DNA from: an archaeon
GTDB lineage: Archaea > Iainarchaeota > Iainarchaeia > Iainarchaeales > JANQMZ01
Direction: 5' to 3'
DNA length: 32,000 bases
Assembly: GCA_028279805.1 (NCBI GenBank)
Contig: JANQMZ010000007.1
Span: 510,001-542,000, forward strand
A program made the translations under genes and the position numbers. The first letter of the stretch is position 1; each line of letters begins with the position of its first letter. Under the pieces are notes generated by a model that searched no databases, was not told the origin of the DNA, and worked only from the letters and a program-made list of their open reading frames with translations. Shown here in pieces: positions 1 to 8,138 of the stretch.

Positions 1-70
1 ATGATGTTGAACTGAGGAAAATATTAAGAAAAGGAAAAATAAACCTGAATCAAATAAATTCTGTGATAAA

Positions 71-1039
71 ATGATAATACTGGGAATTGAAAGCACAGCA
101 CATACTTTTGGAGCCGGAATAATAAATGAAAAAAAAGAAATTTTAGCAAACGAAAAAAGTTCTTTTACAACAAAACAAGGGGGAATTCATCCCAGAAAAG
201 CAGCTGAACACCATTCCCAAAATGTTTTAAGTGTTGTAAAAAAAGCAATGGAAAAATCAAAATTATCATGGAATCAAATTGACGGAATAGCTTTTTCACA
301 GGGTCCGGGTCTGGGGCCCTGTTTAAAAGTCGGGGCAGTGGCTGCAAGAACATTATCTATTATACATAACAAACCGTTGTTTCCTGTGAATCACTGCATT
401 GCACATATTGAAATTGCAAAAGTTTTGGGCAAAGCAAAAAATCCCATTATTGTTTTCACTTCAGGTGCAAATACGCAGATAATCGGGCTTGAAAATAAAA
501 AATACAGAATTTTTGGAGAAACACTTGACACCGGTTTGGGGAATATGCTTGACTCTTTTGGAAGAAAGATTGGTTTGGGTTTTCCTGCAGGACCCGTGCT
601 TGACAAATGGTATTTTGAAGGAAAAAAACTGGTAGAACTGCCTTACACGGTTAAAGGAATGGATTTGGCTTTTTCAGGCCTGCAGACTGCTGCTGAACAA
701 AAAATAGGAAAAGAAAACAAAAAAGATTTGGCTTATTCTTTGCTGCATAATGCTTTTGCAATGGTTACAGAGGTTACGGAAAGAGCGTTGGCCCACACCA
801 GAAAAAAAGAAGTGATTATTACAGGCGGAGTTGCTGCTTCAAAAGCTTTAAGGCAAATGATTCAAAAAATGTGTTATGAACGGGGAGCAAAAGCTTTCGT
901 TCCTCCGGTAGAATTCTGTGTTGACAATGGTTTAATGATTGCATGGAACGGCCTACTTTTGTCAAAATCCAAACATAAAGAAAACAATTCGGAAATAAAA
1001 CCATATCAAAGAGTTGACCAGGTTAATGTTTCCTGGTAA
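71..1039 (+). CDS. kae1: KEOPS complex subunit Kae1 (tRNA N6-adenosine threonylcarbamoyltransferase)
   Basis: 322-aa ORF starting MIILGIESTAHTFGAGI, with SQGPGLGPCLKVGA, the metal-binding HCIAHIE motif, FTSGANTQI and GETLDTGLGNMLD, all characteristic of the Kae1/TsaD/Qri7 family. Confidence 0.96.
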   Translation: MIILGIESTAHTFGAGIINEKKEILANEKSSFTTKQGGIHPRKAAEHHSQNVLSVVKKAMEKSKLSWNQIDGIAFSQGPGLGPCLKVGAVAARTLSIIHNKPLFPVNHCIAHIEIAKVLGKAKNPIIVFTSGANTQIIGLENKKYRIFGETLDTGLGNMLDSFGRKIGLGFPAGPVLDKWYFEGKKLVELPYTVKGMDLAFSGLQTAAEQKIGKENKKDLAYSLLHNAFAMVTEVTERALAHTRKKEVIITGGVAASKALRQMIQKMCYERGAKAFVPPVEFCVDNGLMIAWNGLLLSKSKHKENNSEIKPYQRVDQVNVSW

Positions 1040-1042
1040 TTT

Positions 1043-1612
1043 TTATTCTTTTCTTATTCTTCTTGCAAGTTGTTGAACAGGTGGTGAGTGAGTGAAAGTT
1101 TCACGGTATTCTTTTGTATACTTGTAAACAAACAAAAACAGAGCGGTTAAAACTATAAAAATTGTAACATTTAAAATTGTTGTAAAAGGTTCTGAAAGAT
1201 TTCGTTTCTCCCAGTCAATTAAAACAAATTCAGGGTCAAGATATGCGGCAATTGACATTGCAATTAAAACCGCAAAAACAAATTCAATTAAATTTAATGC
1301 TAAAATTCTGGGATCATTTTTAGCATCAGCAATTTTTGATTTTGTTGTAGAACTGATTAGATTGCCGGCATTTTTTTGAAGTTCATATGCAAACGGAAAT
1401 TTTTTTGAAATAAAAATCTGGAGTGCAATTATTGCAATTAAAATTGCTCCCAGAAAAATATAAGGCTGTTCTGACACTGCAGGACTGATTGAAACACTTT
1501 TTGCAGCAAGTGAAATGTCAATATTCAGGGTTTGAAACAAAAACCATAAAAAAGCAAAAGCCAGAACTATTTGCAAAGCCAAAATTGTTAAATCTGATTT
1601 TTTTAAATCCAT
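1043..1612 (-). CDS. hypothetical membrane protein, about 4 predicted TM helices
   Basis: 189-aa ORF with hydrophobic segments (ILALQIVLAFAFLWFLF, YIFLGAILIAIIALQIFI, ALNLIEFVFAVLIAMSIAAYL, ILNVTIFIVLTALFLFVY) and a basic C-terminus; fills the gap between kae1 and valS on the opposite strand. Confidence 0.75.
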   Translation of the reverse strand: MDLKKSDLTILALQIVLAFAFLWFLFQTLNIDISLAAKSVSISPAVSEQPYIFLGAILIAIIALQIFISKKFPFAYELQKNAGNLISSTTKSKIADAKNDPRILALNLIEFVFAVLIAMSIAAYLDPEFVLIDWEKRNLSEPFTTILNVTIFIVLTALFLFVYKYTKEYRETFTHSPPVQQLARRIRKE

Positions 1613-1678
1613 TAACAGAATATGATAAGCATTATTAATAAATTTGAGCCGTTTAACGGTTTTAAAACCAAAAAAGGC

Positions 1679-1687
1679 TTTTTAAAG
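1679..1687 (+). promoter_or_regulatory. candidate TATA box for valS
   Basis: TTTTTAAAG centred about 37 nt upstream of the valS ATG (1720), consistent with an archaeal TATA box and a short leader. Confidence 0.4.
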
Positions 1688-1719
1688 ATTATTCAGGCAC
1701 TTTGTTTTAGAGTGGTTTA

Positions 1720-4101
1720 ATGGCAAAACTAAATTTTAATGATTTAAGTCAAAAATGGCAAAAACAATGGGAAAATGAAAAAACCTATATTTTTGACCCA
1801 AAAGCAGGAAAATCTGTTTATTCCATTGATACTCCTCCGCCAACTGTCAGCGGCACGATGCACATAGGGCATGCTTTGGGTTATACCCAGGCAGATGTTA
1901 TTGCCCGTTATAAAAAAATGGCCGGATTTAATGTATTTTATCCTTTTGGATATGATGACAATGGTCTGGCTACTGAAAGATTTGTTGAAAAAAAAATCAA
2001 AAAAAGAGCAAAAGATTTTGAAAGGGAAAAATTCAGACAAATTTGTTTAAATGAAACACAGGAAGCTGAAAAAGAATTAAAAAAAAGTTTTCAAAGCATC
2101 GGATTAGGCTGTGACTGGAGCCAGATTTACAGAACAATCGACAATGATTCAATTAAAATTGCCCAGTTGTCTTTCCTGGATTTATGGAACAAAAAAAGAG
2201 TTTACAGGAAAAAAAGCCCTTCAATGTATTGTGTTCACTGTGAAACAAGTGTTGCACAAGCTGAACTTGAAGATAAAGAAAAAGAAACATTGTTCAGTGA
2301 AATTTTTTTTGAATTAGAGAATGGGAAAAAAATTTCAATTCAGACAACCAGACCGGAATTATTGGCTGCGTGTGTTGCAGTTTTTGTTAATCCTGATGAT
2401 AAAAATCATTCAAATTTGATTGGAAAAAAAGTAAAAGTTCCTTTGTTTGAAAAATGGGTTAAAATTAAAGCGGATAAAAGAGTGGATCCGGAAAAAGGCT
2501 CAGGAATTGTAATGTGCTGTACTTTCGGAGACCAGACTGATATGGAATGGTATCATGCATATGGTTTGGATTTAAAGCTGGCTATCGGAACCGACGGAAA
2601 AATGCTTAAAAATGCTGGAAAATATGAAGGGCTTAAAGTAAAAGAAGCAAGAGAAAAAATTTTAGAAGATTTAAAACAAAAAGGATTTCTAGGAAAACAA
2701 AAAAAAATTGTTCATGAAGTTAACACGCATGAAAGATGTGGCACGGAAATAGAGTTTTTGGTAACCGAACAATGGTTTTTGAAATATTTAGATTTGAAGA
2801 AAAAATTTATACAAGCCGGAAAAAAACTGAAATGGTATCCGAAACACATGCAAATAAGATATGAAAACTGGATTAACGGCTTGCAATGGGACTGGAGCAT
2901 TTCAAGGCAGAGATTTTTTGGCGTGCCAATTCCAGTATGGTATTGTGAAAAATGTGATTCTATAAAAGTGGCGGATGAAAAACAGTTGCCTATTGACCCT
3001 GTAAAAATGAAAATAACAGAAAAATGTGAATGCGGGGGAACTTTTAAAGGAGAAGAAGATGTTTTTGACACATGGTTTACTTCATCTTTAACGCCTCAGA
3101 TTAACGCAAAATGGGGCTTAAAAGATGAAAGAATGAATTTGTTTCCGATGTCTTTGAGGCCACAGGGACACGATATCATAACATTGTGGGCTTTTAACAC
3201 TGTTGTAAAAGGGTTAATGCACCATGAAAAAATTCCTTGGAAAGAAATTTTCATTAACGGTTTTGCATTAGATTCAAAAGGAAGAAAAATGAGCAAAAGC
3301 AGGGGAAACGTAGTTGACCCTGAAAAAGTTATTGAAAAATTTTCAGCTGATGCTTTAAGGTACTGGGCTTGTTCTGTGACAACAGGAGAAGATGTTCCGT
3401 ATCAGGAAAAAGAATTAACTTCTGGAACAAAATTTTTAAACAAAATTTATAATGCGTCAAAATTTGTTAAAATGGTTGCAAAAAATGCTATAAAAAAACC
3501 GGAAAAAAAAGATTTTGAAGTTGAAGATTTATGGATTTTAAGCCGGTTAAACAAAGTTATTCAAAATTCAACAAAAAACATGGATAATTATGATTTGTCT
3601 AAATGTTTAAATGAAACAAGAAATTTTTTCTGGTTAGAATTTGCAAATTTTTATCTGGAAGAAATAAAACACAGAGTTTACAATAAAAATGTTTCAAAAC
3701 AAAGCGCTGATGCTGCAAAATGGGTTTTGTTACAGGTTGTTGATTCAAGTTTAAAATTGTTGGCGCCCTTTGTTCCTCATATTACAGAAGAAGCATGGAG
3801 AAATATTTTAAAAAACAAAAAAAGCATTCATTTGGAAAAATGGCCCCAGGCAGACAAATCTTTTATCAGCGCAAAAGATGAAGAAACAGGTGAAAAAATG
3901 AATAACGTTATAACAGATTTGAGAAAAATAAAAGCTGAAAAAGGACTTGCTTTAAATGAAGAAGTTTCAGAGGCAAAAATTTTTGTTCAAAATGAAAAAG
4001 AAAAACAAATGATTCAAAAATCGGTTAAAACTATTAAAAACACGCTTAATATAAAAAACATTCATATTGAAATCGGAAAAAAAAGTGCTGAACTAAAATG
4101 A
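1720..4101 (+). CDS. valS: valyl-tRNA synthetase
   Basis: 793 aa; TPPPTVSGTMHIGHALGYTQAD (HIGH motif), RPQGHDIITLWAFNTV and GRKMSKSRGNVVDP (KMSKS motif), class I aaRS of ValRS type. Confidence 0.97.
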   Translation: MAKLNFNDLSQKWQKQWENEKTYIFDPKAGKSVYSIDTPPPTVSGTMHIGHALGYTQADVIARYKKMAGFNVFYPFGYDDNGLATERFVEKKIKKRAKDFEREKFRQICLNETQEAEKELKKSFQSIGLGCDWSQIYRTIDNDSIKIAQLSFLDLWNKKRVYRKKSPSMYCVHCETSVAQAELEDKEKETLFSEIFFELENGKKISIQTTRPELLAACVAVFVNPDDKNHSNLIGKKVKVPLFEKWVKIKADKRVDPEKGSGIVMCCTFGDQTDMEWYHAYGLDLKLAIGTDGKMLKNAGKYEGLKVKEAREKILEDLKQKGFLGKQKKIVHEVNTHERCGTEIEFLVTEQWFLKYLDLKKKFIQAGKKLKWYPKHMQIRYENWINGLQWDWSISRQRFFGVPIPVWYCEKCDSIKVADEKQLPIDPVKMKITEKCECGGTFKGEEDVFDTWFTSSLTPQINAKWGLKDERMNLFPMSLRPQGHDIITLWAFNTVVKGLMHHEKIPWKEIFINGFALDSKGRKMSKSRGNVVDPEKVIEKFSADALRYWACSVTTGEDVPYQEKELTSGTKFLNKIYNASKFVKMVAKNAIKKPEKKDFEVEDLWILSRLNKVIQNSTKNMDNYDLSKCLNETRNFFWLEFANFYLEEIKHRVYNKNVSKQSADAAKWVLLQVVDSSLKLLAPFVPHITEEAWRNILKNKKSIHLEKWPQADKSFISAKDEETGEKMNNVITDLRKIKAEKGLALNEEVSEAKIFVQNEKEKQMIQKSVKTIKNTLNIKNIHIEIGKKSAELK

Positions 4102-4688
4102 AAATAATTGAAAAAGGAGCTGAAGCTGATTTAATTTTAAAAAATGGCTTGCTGATAAAAAAAAGAATATCAAAAAAATACAGAAACAAGGAACTGGATT
4201 TTAAAATAAGAAAAGAAAGAACAAAAATTGAATCAAGTTTGATAAGAAAAGCAAGAACTTTGGGGATTAATACTCCAAAAATTTTTGAAACAGATTTAAA
4301 AAAAATGAAAATATCAATGGAATATCTTAAAGGAAAAAGGCTTAAAGACGAGTTGAATGAAAAAAATTTAAATTACTGTTTTGAAGCGGGAAAATTTATA
4401 GGATTAATGCATTCTGGCGGATTGATTCACGGGGATCTGACTACGAGCAATATTATTGTTTTAAACAAAAAACTGTATTTTATTGATTTTGGGTTAGGTT
4501 TTCATTCAAAAAAAAATGAAGATTTTGCTGTTGACCTGTTAAATTTTAAAAAAACGTTTATGGCAACCCATTCAGAATTTAAAAAAGGATGGCAAAAACT
4601 GGTTAAAGGCTATAATGAAAATTTTGGCAAATCAAAGCATGTTTTGGAACAACTGGAAAAAATTGAAAAAAGAGGAAGATACCTTTAA
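4098..4688 (+). CDS. bud32: KEOPS complex atypical kinase Bud32
   Basis: 196 aa; GAEADLI N-terminus, KKRISKKYR, YLKGKRLKDEL, GLMHSGGLIHGDLTTSNII and YFIDFGLGFHS motifs of Bud32; ATGA overlap with valS. Confidence 0.95.
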   Translation: MKIIEKGAEADLILKNGLLIKKRISKKYRNKELDFKIRKERTKIESSLIRKARTLGINTPKIFETDLKKMKISMEYLKGKRLKDELNEKNLNYCFEAGKFIGLMHSGGLIHGDLTTSNIIVLNKKLYFIDFGLGFHSKKNEDFAVDLLNFKKTFMATHSEFKKGWQKLVKGYNENFGKSKHVLEQLEKIEKRGRYL

Positions 4689-4751
4689 AGTAGCCTTTTT
4701 AAATCTTTTGAGCCACTTTTAGTTTTAGTTGATTTTTTAAATTAACTCTTT

Positions 4752-4772
4752 TCCACGCCGGCAGGGTGGAAC
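4752..4772 (+). promoter_or_regulatory. GC-rich inverted repeat upstream of rps15
   Basis: TTCCAC-gccggcagg-GTGGAA (4752-4757 / 4767-4772), a locally GC-rich island in AT-rich intergenic DNA 31 nt before the rps15 ATG. Confidence 0.35.
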
Positions 4773-4803
4773 GGAAAAAAAAAACAAAAAAAAGTGTTAT
4801 TTT

Positions 4804-5256
4804 ATGGCTAGAATGCATTCTGGAGCAAAAGGTCAAAGCGGTTCAACAAAACCTGTTGAAGAAAAAGCAGACTGGGTTGAATACAAAGCAAATGAAATAA
4901 TAAAAATAATTATAGATTTGGCTAACACAGGGCTGAAAAAAAGCCAGATTGGAGTAATATTGAGGGACCAGTACGGAATTCCCAATGTTAAAACTTTAAC
5001 CGGGAAAAAAATTTCAGCAATATTAGATGAAAACAATTTCAAAGAAGAATTGCCTGAAGATTTATTAAATCTTATAAGAAAAAGCGTGGAGCTGCAGGAA
5101 CATTTGACAGACCATAAAAAAGATTTTAAAGCAAAAAGAGGCTATGAGCTGACTGTTTCAAAAATCAGGCGTTTGGCAAAATATTATGCTAAAAAGAAAA
5201 AAATTCCGGAAAGCTGGAAATACAGTGAGGAAACCGCAAAACTGCTGGTAAAATGA
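4804..5256 (+). CDS. rps15: 30S ribosomal protein S15 (uS15)
   Basis: 150 aa; MARMHSGAKGQSGS N-terminus, KSQIGVILRDQYGIPNVKTLTGKKI, LPEDLLNLIRKSVELQEHLTDHKKDFKAKRGYELTVSKIRRLAKYYAKKKKIP. Confidence 0.97.
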   Translation: MARMHSGAKGQSGSTKPVEEKADWVEYKANEIIKIIIDLANTGLKKSQIGVILRDQYGIPNVKTLTGKKISAILDENNFKEELPEDLLNLIRKSVELQEHLTDHKKDFKAKRGYELTVSKIRRLAKYYAKKKKIPESWKYSEETAKLLVK

Positions 5257-5260
5257 TAAA

Positions 5261-5380
5261 ATGGATTTTAAATTAGTGTTAAAAATTAACGGAAAAAAAA
5301 TTGAACAAAAAGGAAACAAGAATTTAAAAAAAATTTTACAGGAAGGAGACAAAATAATAAAACAACAAATAAAAGTGTGA
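5261..5380 (+). CDS. possible 39-aa small protein (MDFKLVLKINGKKIEQKGNKNLKKILQEGDKIIKQQIKV)
   Basis: ORF below the 60-aa track cut-off; starts 4 nt after the rps15 stop and ends 4 nt before the rps3ae ATG, i.e. it exactly fills the intergenic gap. Confidence 0.4.
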   Translation: MDFKLVLKINGKKIEQKGNKNLKKILQEGDKIIKQQIKV

Positions 5381-5384
5381 AACA

Positions 5385-5972
5385 ATGGCTAAAAAAACAA
5401 TAAAAAGAAGCAAAACCGTTGACAAATGGAAAACAAAAAAATGGTTTACACTTGTCGCTCCAAAAATTTTTAACTTAAAAGAACTTGGAACAACTCCGAC
5501 CCAAAAGCCAAAAAATCTTGAAAACCGGGTTATAGAAAAAACATTGGATCAGTTAACGGGTAACAGAAAATTAAAACATGTTACAATCAGAATGAAAGTA
5601 AAAGAAATACAGGAATTAAAAGCTTATACACAAATTGTTGGACACGAAATCAAAGGGTCATACATTGCAAGAATGGTGAGAAGAAGAAAAAGCAAAATTG
5701 ACTCAGTTTTAACAGTTTTTGCTAAAAACGGGGAAAAAATCAGAATTACGGCAACAACTTTATGCAACATAAAACTAAAATCAAAAAAAGAAACAGATAT
5801 AAGAAAAATAATGGAAGAAGAAATAATAAAACTGACAAAAGAAAAAAATTATGAAAATTTTGTAGGAGATTTGCTTTCAGGAGAATTATCTTCAAATATT
5901 TTTAAAAGAATTAAAAGTATTGCTCCCATTAAAAGAGTTGAAATAATCAAATCAAGAATAATTTCCGGTTAA
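5385..5972 (+). CDS. rps3ae: 30S ribosomal protein S3Ae (eS1)
   Basis: 195 aa; DKWKTKKWFTLVAPKIFNLKELGTTP...ENRVIEKTLDQLTG...VTIRMKVKEI typical of S3Ae. Confidence 0.96.
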   Translation: MAKKTIKRSKTVDKWKTKKWFTLVAPKIFNLKELGTTPTQKPKNLENRVIEKTLDQLTGNRKLKHVTIRMKVKEIQELKAYTQIVGHEIKGSYIARMVRRRKSKIDSVLTVFAKNGEKIRITATTLCNIKLKSKKETDIRKIMEEEIIKLTKEKNYENFVGDLLSGELSSNIFKRIKSIAPIKRVEIIKSRIISG

Positions 5973-5975
5973 AAA

Positions 5976-6668
5976 ATGATTATACCAGCTGAATTTTCGC
6001 AAATTGTAAATGTTGTAATAGTTCTGCTTACCTTAATTGTTTTTACCCTTTTTTCAATGAAAAAAAAAGCACTTGACAGGGAAGGATTAATTGTAGGAAA
6101 TATTGTAGGAATAGCAATATATTTACAGGGAGGATTTCACCCTTTTTTAACACTGATTTTTTTCTTTTTTATAGCGGATATAAGCACAAGAATGACAAGA
6201 ATGGGAAATGCAGAAAAACATGAAATAAGAACAACGGGAAACATTATTGGAAACAGTTTGCCTGCATTGCTTGCATTATCAATGAATTCTTTCACAGGTT
6301 TTTACGGAGCAATGTCAGCAGCATTAGCCGACACTCTTTCAAGCGAATTGGGCTTGCTGAGCAAAAAAAAACCCGTTTTAATAACAACTTTTGAAAAAGT
6401 TAAGGCAGGAACGGACGGCGGAATAACATGGTTTGGCCTGGTTGCTGCACTGATTGGCGCGGTTTTTATTGCACTTGTACATTTTTATATTTTTCAAAAC
6501 ATATTACTCGCAATAATCATAATAATAGCAGGATTGTTTGGGTCAATTGTTGATTCTTTTTTTGGCGCTGTTTTTGAAAGAAAAAAAATTCTCACAAACA
6601 CTCATGTAAATTTTATCGGTTCAAGCGCGGGAGCAATACTTGCAGTATTATTAAGCCTGGTTTTTTAA
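5976..6668 (+). CDS. DUF92 family integral membrane protein
   Basis: 230 aa polytopic protein; ALDREGLIVGNIVGIAIYLQGG, TTGNIIGNSLPALLAL, YGAMSAALADTLSSELGLLSKKKPVLITTFEKVKAGTDGGITWFG are DUF92 hallmarks. Confidence 0.88.
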   Translation: MIIPAEFSQIVNVVIVLLTLIVFTLFSMKKKALDREGLIVGNIVGIAIYLQGGFHPFLTLIFFFFIADISTRMTRMGNAEKHEIRTTGNIIGNSLPALLALSMNSFTGFYGAMSAALADTLSSELGLLSKKKPVLITTFEKVKAGTDGGITWFGLVAALIGAVFIALVHFYIFQNILLAIIIIIAGLFGSIVDSFFGAVFERKKILTNTHVNFIGSSAGAILAVLLSLVF

Positions 6669-7561
6669 GATTTAATGGTTAAAGGCTCGTAAGAAATGCC
6701 TTTTTTGAAACCTGCTCCGAGTGAAAAACCAAAATTTGAAAACAAGTCAAAAACACTTTTTTCCTTATTTGAAAAATCTTTCACAAAAGGTTTTTCAGTT
6801 ATGCCGCCCAGTTCCCCCGCTCTTTTAATAGCATAATCCCTTGAGCCAAGTTCATCTACCAAACCTATTTCTTTTGCCTGGGTGCCTGACAAAATTCTAC
6901 CGTCAATAATCTGTTCAAATAATTCAGTATTTAGTTTTTCCCCGCGGAATTGTTTAATGTCATTGACAAAATTTTCAAAAGTCTGGTCTAAAAGTGTTTG
7001 AAAAATTTTTCTTTCCTCTTCATCGAGGGAAGAAAAAGGGCTTCCGATATCCTTATGCTCTCCTTTTTTTAAAACTTCAAATTTTAAACCGATTTTTTCA
7101 AACAATTCACTGTAATCCGCAACAACTGAAATGACGCCAATGCTTCCGGTTATTGAATCTTCATCAGAAATAATCAGATCAGAAGCAGATGCAACATAGT
7201 ATCCGCCTGAAGCACCAATATCTGAAATCCATGCAACAACCGGTTTGTCAATGCTTCTTATTTTTTCAACAATTTGTTTTGTTGCAACAACCTGTCCTCC
7301 GGGAGAATTAATTTCAATCAAAATGCTTGAAACAGTTGAATCATTTTCAGCGAGTTCAAGTTTTTCCACAAATTGAAAAGCAGTTAAATCTGATGAAAAC
7401 AATGCTGAATCATTTGAAATTTCTCCATGCAAAGGAATTAAGGCAACATTATTCCCAAACAATGAATAATCCAGGAAAAGCGTTAAAAAAAACAAAACAA
7501 GCAGAACAATAACACTCAAAAAAATCAAAGGTTTAAATTTTTTCAAATTCAAAAAAATCAC
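6665..7561 (-). CDS. sppA: signal peptide peptidase SppA
   Basis: 298 aa with N-terminal TM; INSPGGQVVATKQIV, KPVVAWISDIGASGGYYVASASDLIISDEDSITGSIGVI and GRILSGTQAKEIGLVDELG motifs; start is GTG at 7561 in the track, exact start uncertain. Confidence 0.93.
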   Translation of the reverse strand: MIFLNLKKFKPLIFLSVIVLLVLFFLTLFLDYSLFGNNVALIPLHGEISNDSALFSSDLTAFQFVEKLELAENDSTVSSILIEINSPGGQVVATKQIVEKIRSIDKPVVAWISDIGASGGYYVASASDLIISDEDSITGSIGVISVVADYSELFEKIGLKFEVLKKGEHKDIGSPFSSLDEEERKIFQTLLDQTFENFVNDIKQFRGEKLNTELFEQIIDGRILSGTQAKEIGLVDELGSRDYAIKRAGELGGITEKPFVKDFSNKEKSVFDLFSNFGFSLGAGFKKGISYEPLTIKS

Positions 7562-7595
7562 TCTAATTCTAATAGGCAGCAGAATGTTTTTATTA

Positions 7596-7616
7596 GTTTA
7601 ACGCCAATAGTTAAAC
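7596..7616 (+). promoter_or_regulatory. perfect 7-bp inverted repeat abutting the carS start codon
   Basis: GTTTAAC-gccaata-GTTAAAC in the 55-bp divergent sppA/carS intergenic region, ending 1 nt before the carS ATG (7617). Confidence 0.4.
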
Positions 7617-8138
7617 ATGATCTATGATACTGAGCTTATTATACGAATTTTACTGATAGCATGGCCTCTTTACATTACAAACGGCTCAGCACTGGCTTTT
7701 GGCGGAGGATTGCCAGTAGATTTAAATCAAAAATTTTTGGACAAAAAACCAATTCTGGGAAAAGGAAAAACTTTTCAGGGAACATTAAGCGGTTTTTTTT
7801 TCGGAGTGTTGTCAGCAATTTCTCTTGAAATTCTGCTGCCCCAATACACAGGAATTTTAACGCCTAATTATGCATTGCTCGGTTCAATGCTTGCATTCGG
7901 TGCAATAATAGGAGATTTTGTTTCCTCTTTTTTAAAAAGAAGACTTTCAATGAAACAGGGAAAAGAATGGTTTATTGTTGACCAGCTTGACTTTGTTGCA
8001 GGAGGCTTGCTTTTTTCCTCATGGATTTACATTCCAAAAGTAAGCGAAATAATTCTAATAGCTTTTTTAACACTGATTTTGCACAAATTTTTCAACTGGG
8101 TTGCATTTAAAGCAAAAATAAAAAATGTTCCATGGTGA
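7617..8138 (+). CDS. carS: CDP-2,3-bis-(O-geranylgeranyl)-sn-glycerol synthase (CDP-archaeol synthase, formerly DUF46)
   Basis: 173 aa membrane protein; GLPVDLNQKFLDKKPILGKGKTFQGTLSGFFFG and GAIIGDFVSSFLKRRLSMKQGKEWFIVDQLDFVAGGLLF match the CarS family. Confidence 0.93.
   Translation: MIYDTELIIRILLIAWPLYITNGSALAFGGGLPVDLNQKFLDKKPILGKGKTFQGTLSGFFFGVLSAISLEILLPQYTGILTPNYALLGSMLAFGAIIGDFVSSFLKRRLSMKQGKEWFIVDQLDFVAGGLLFSSWIYIPKVSEIILIAFLTLILHKFFNWVAFKAKIKNVPW

Noticed and set aside
2111-2317. 68-aa plus-strand ORF inside valS
   Set aside because: Out of frame within an unambiguous valyl-tRNA synthetase.
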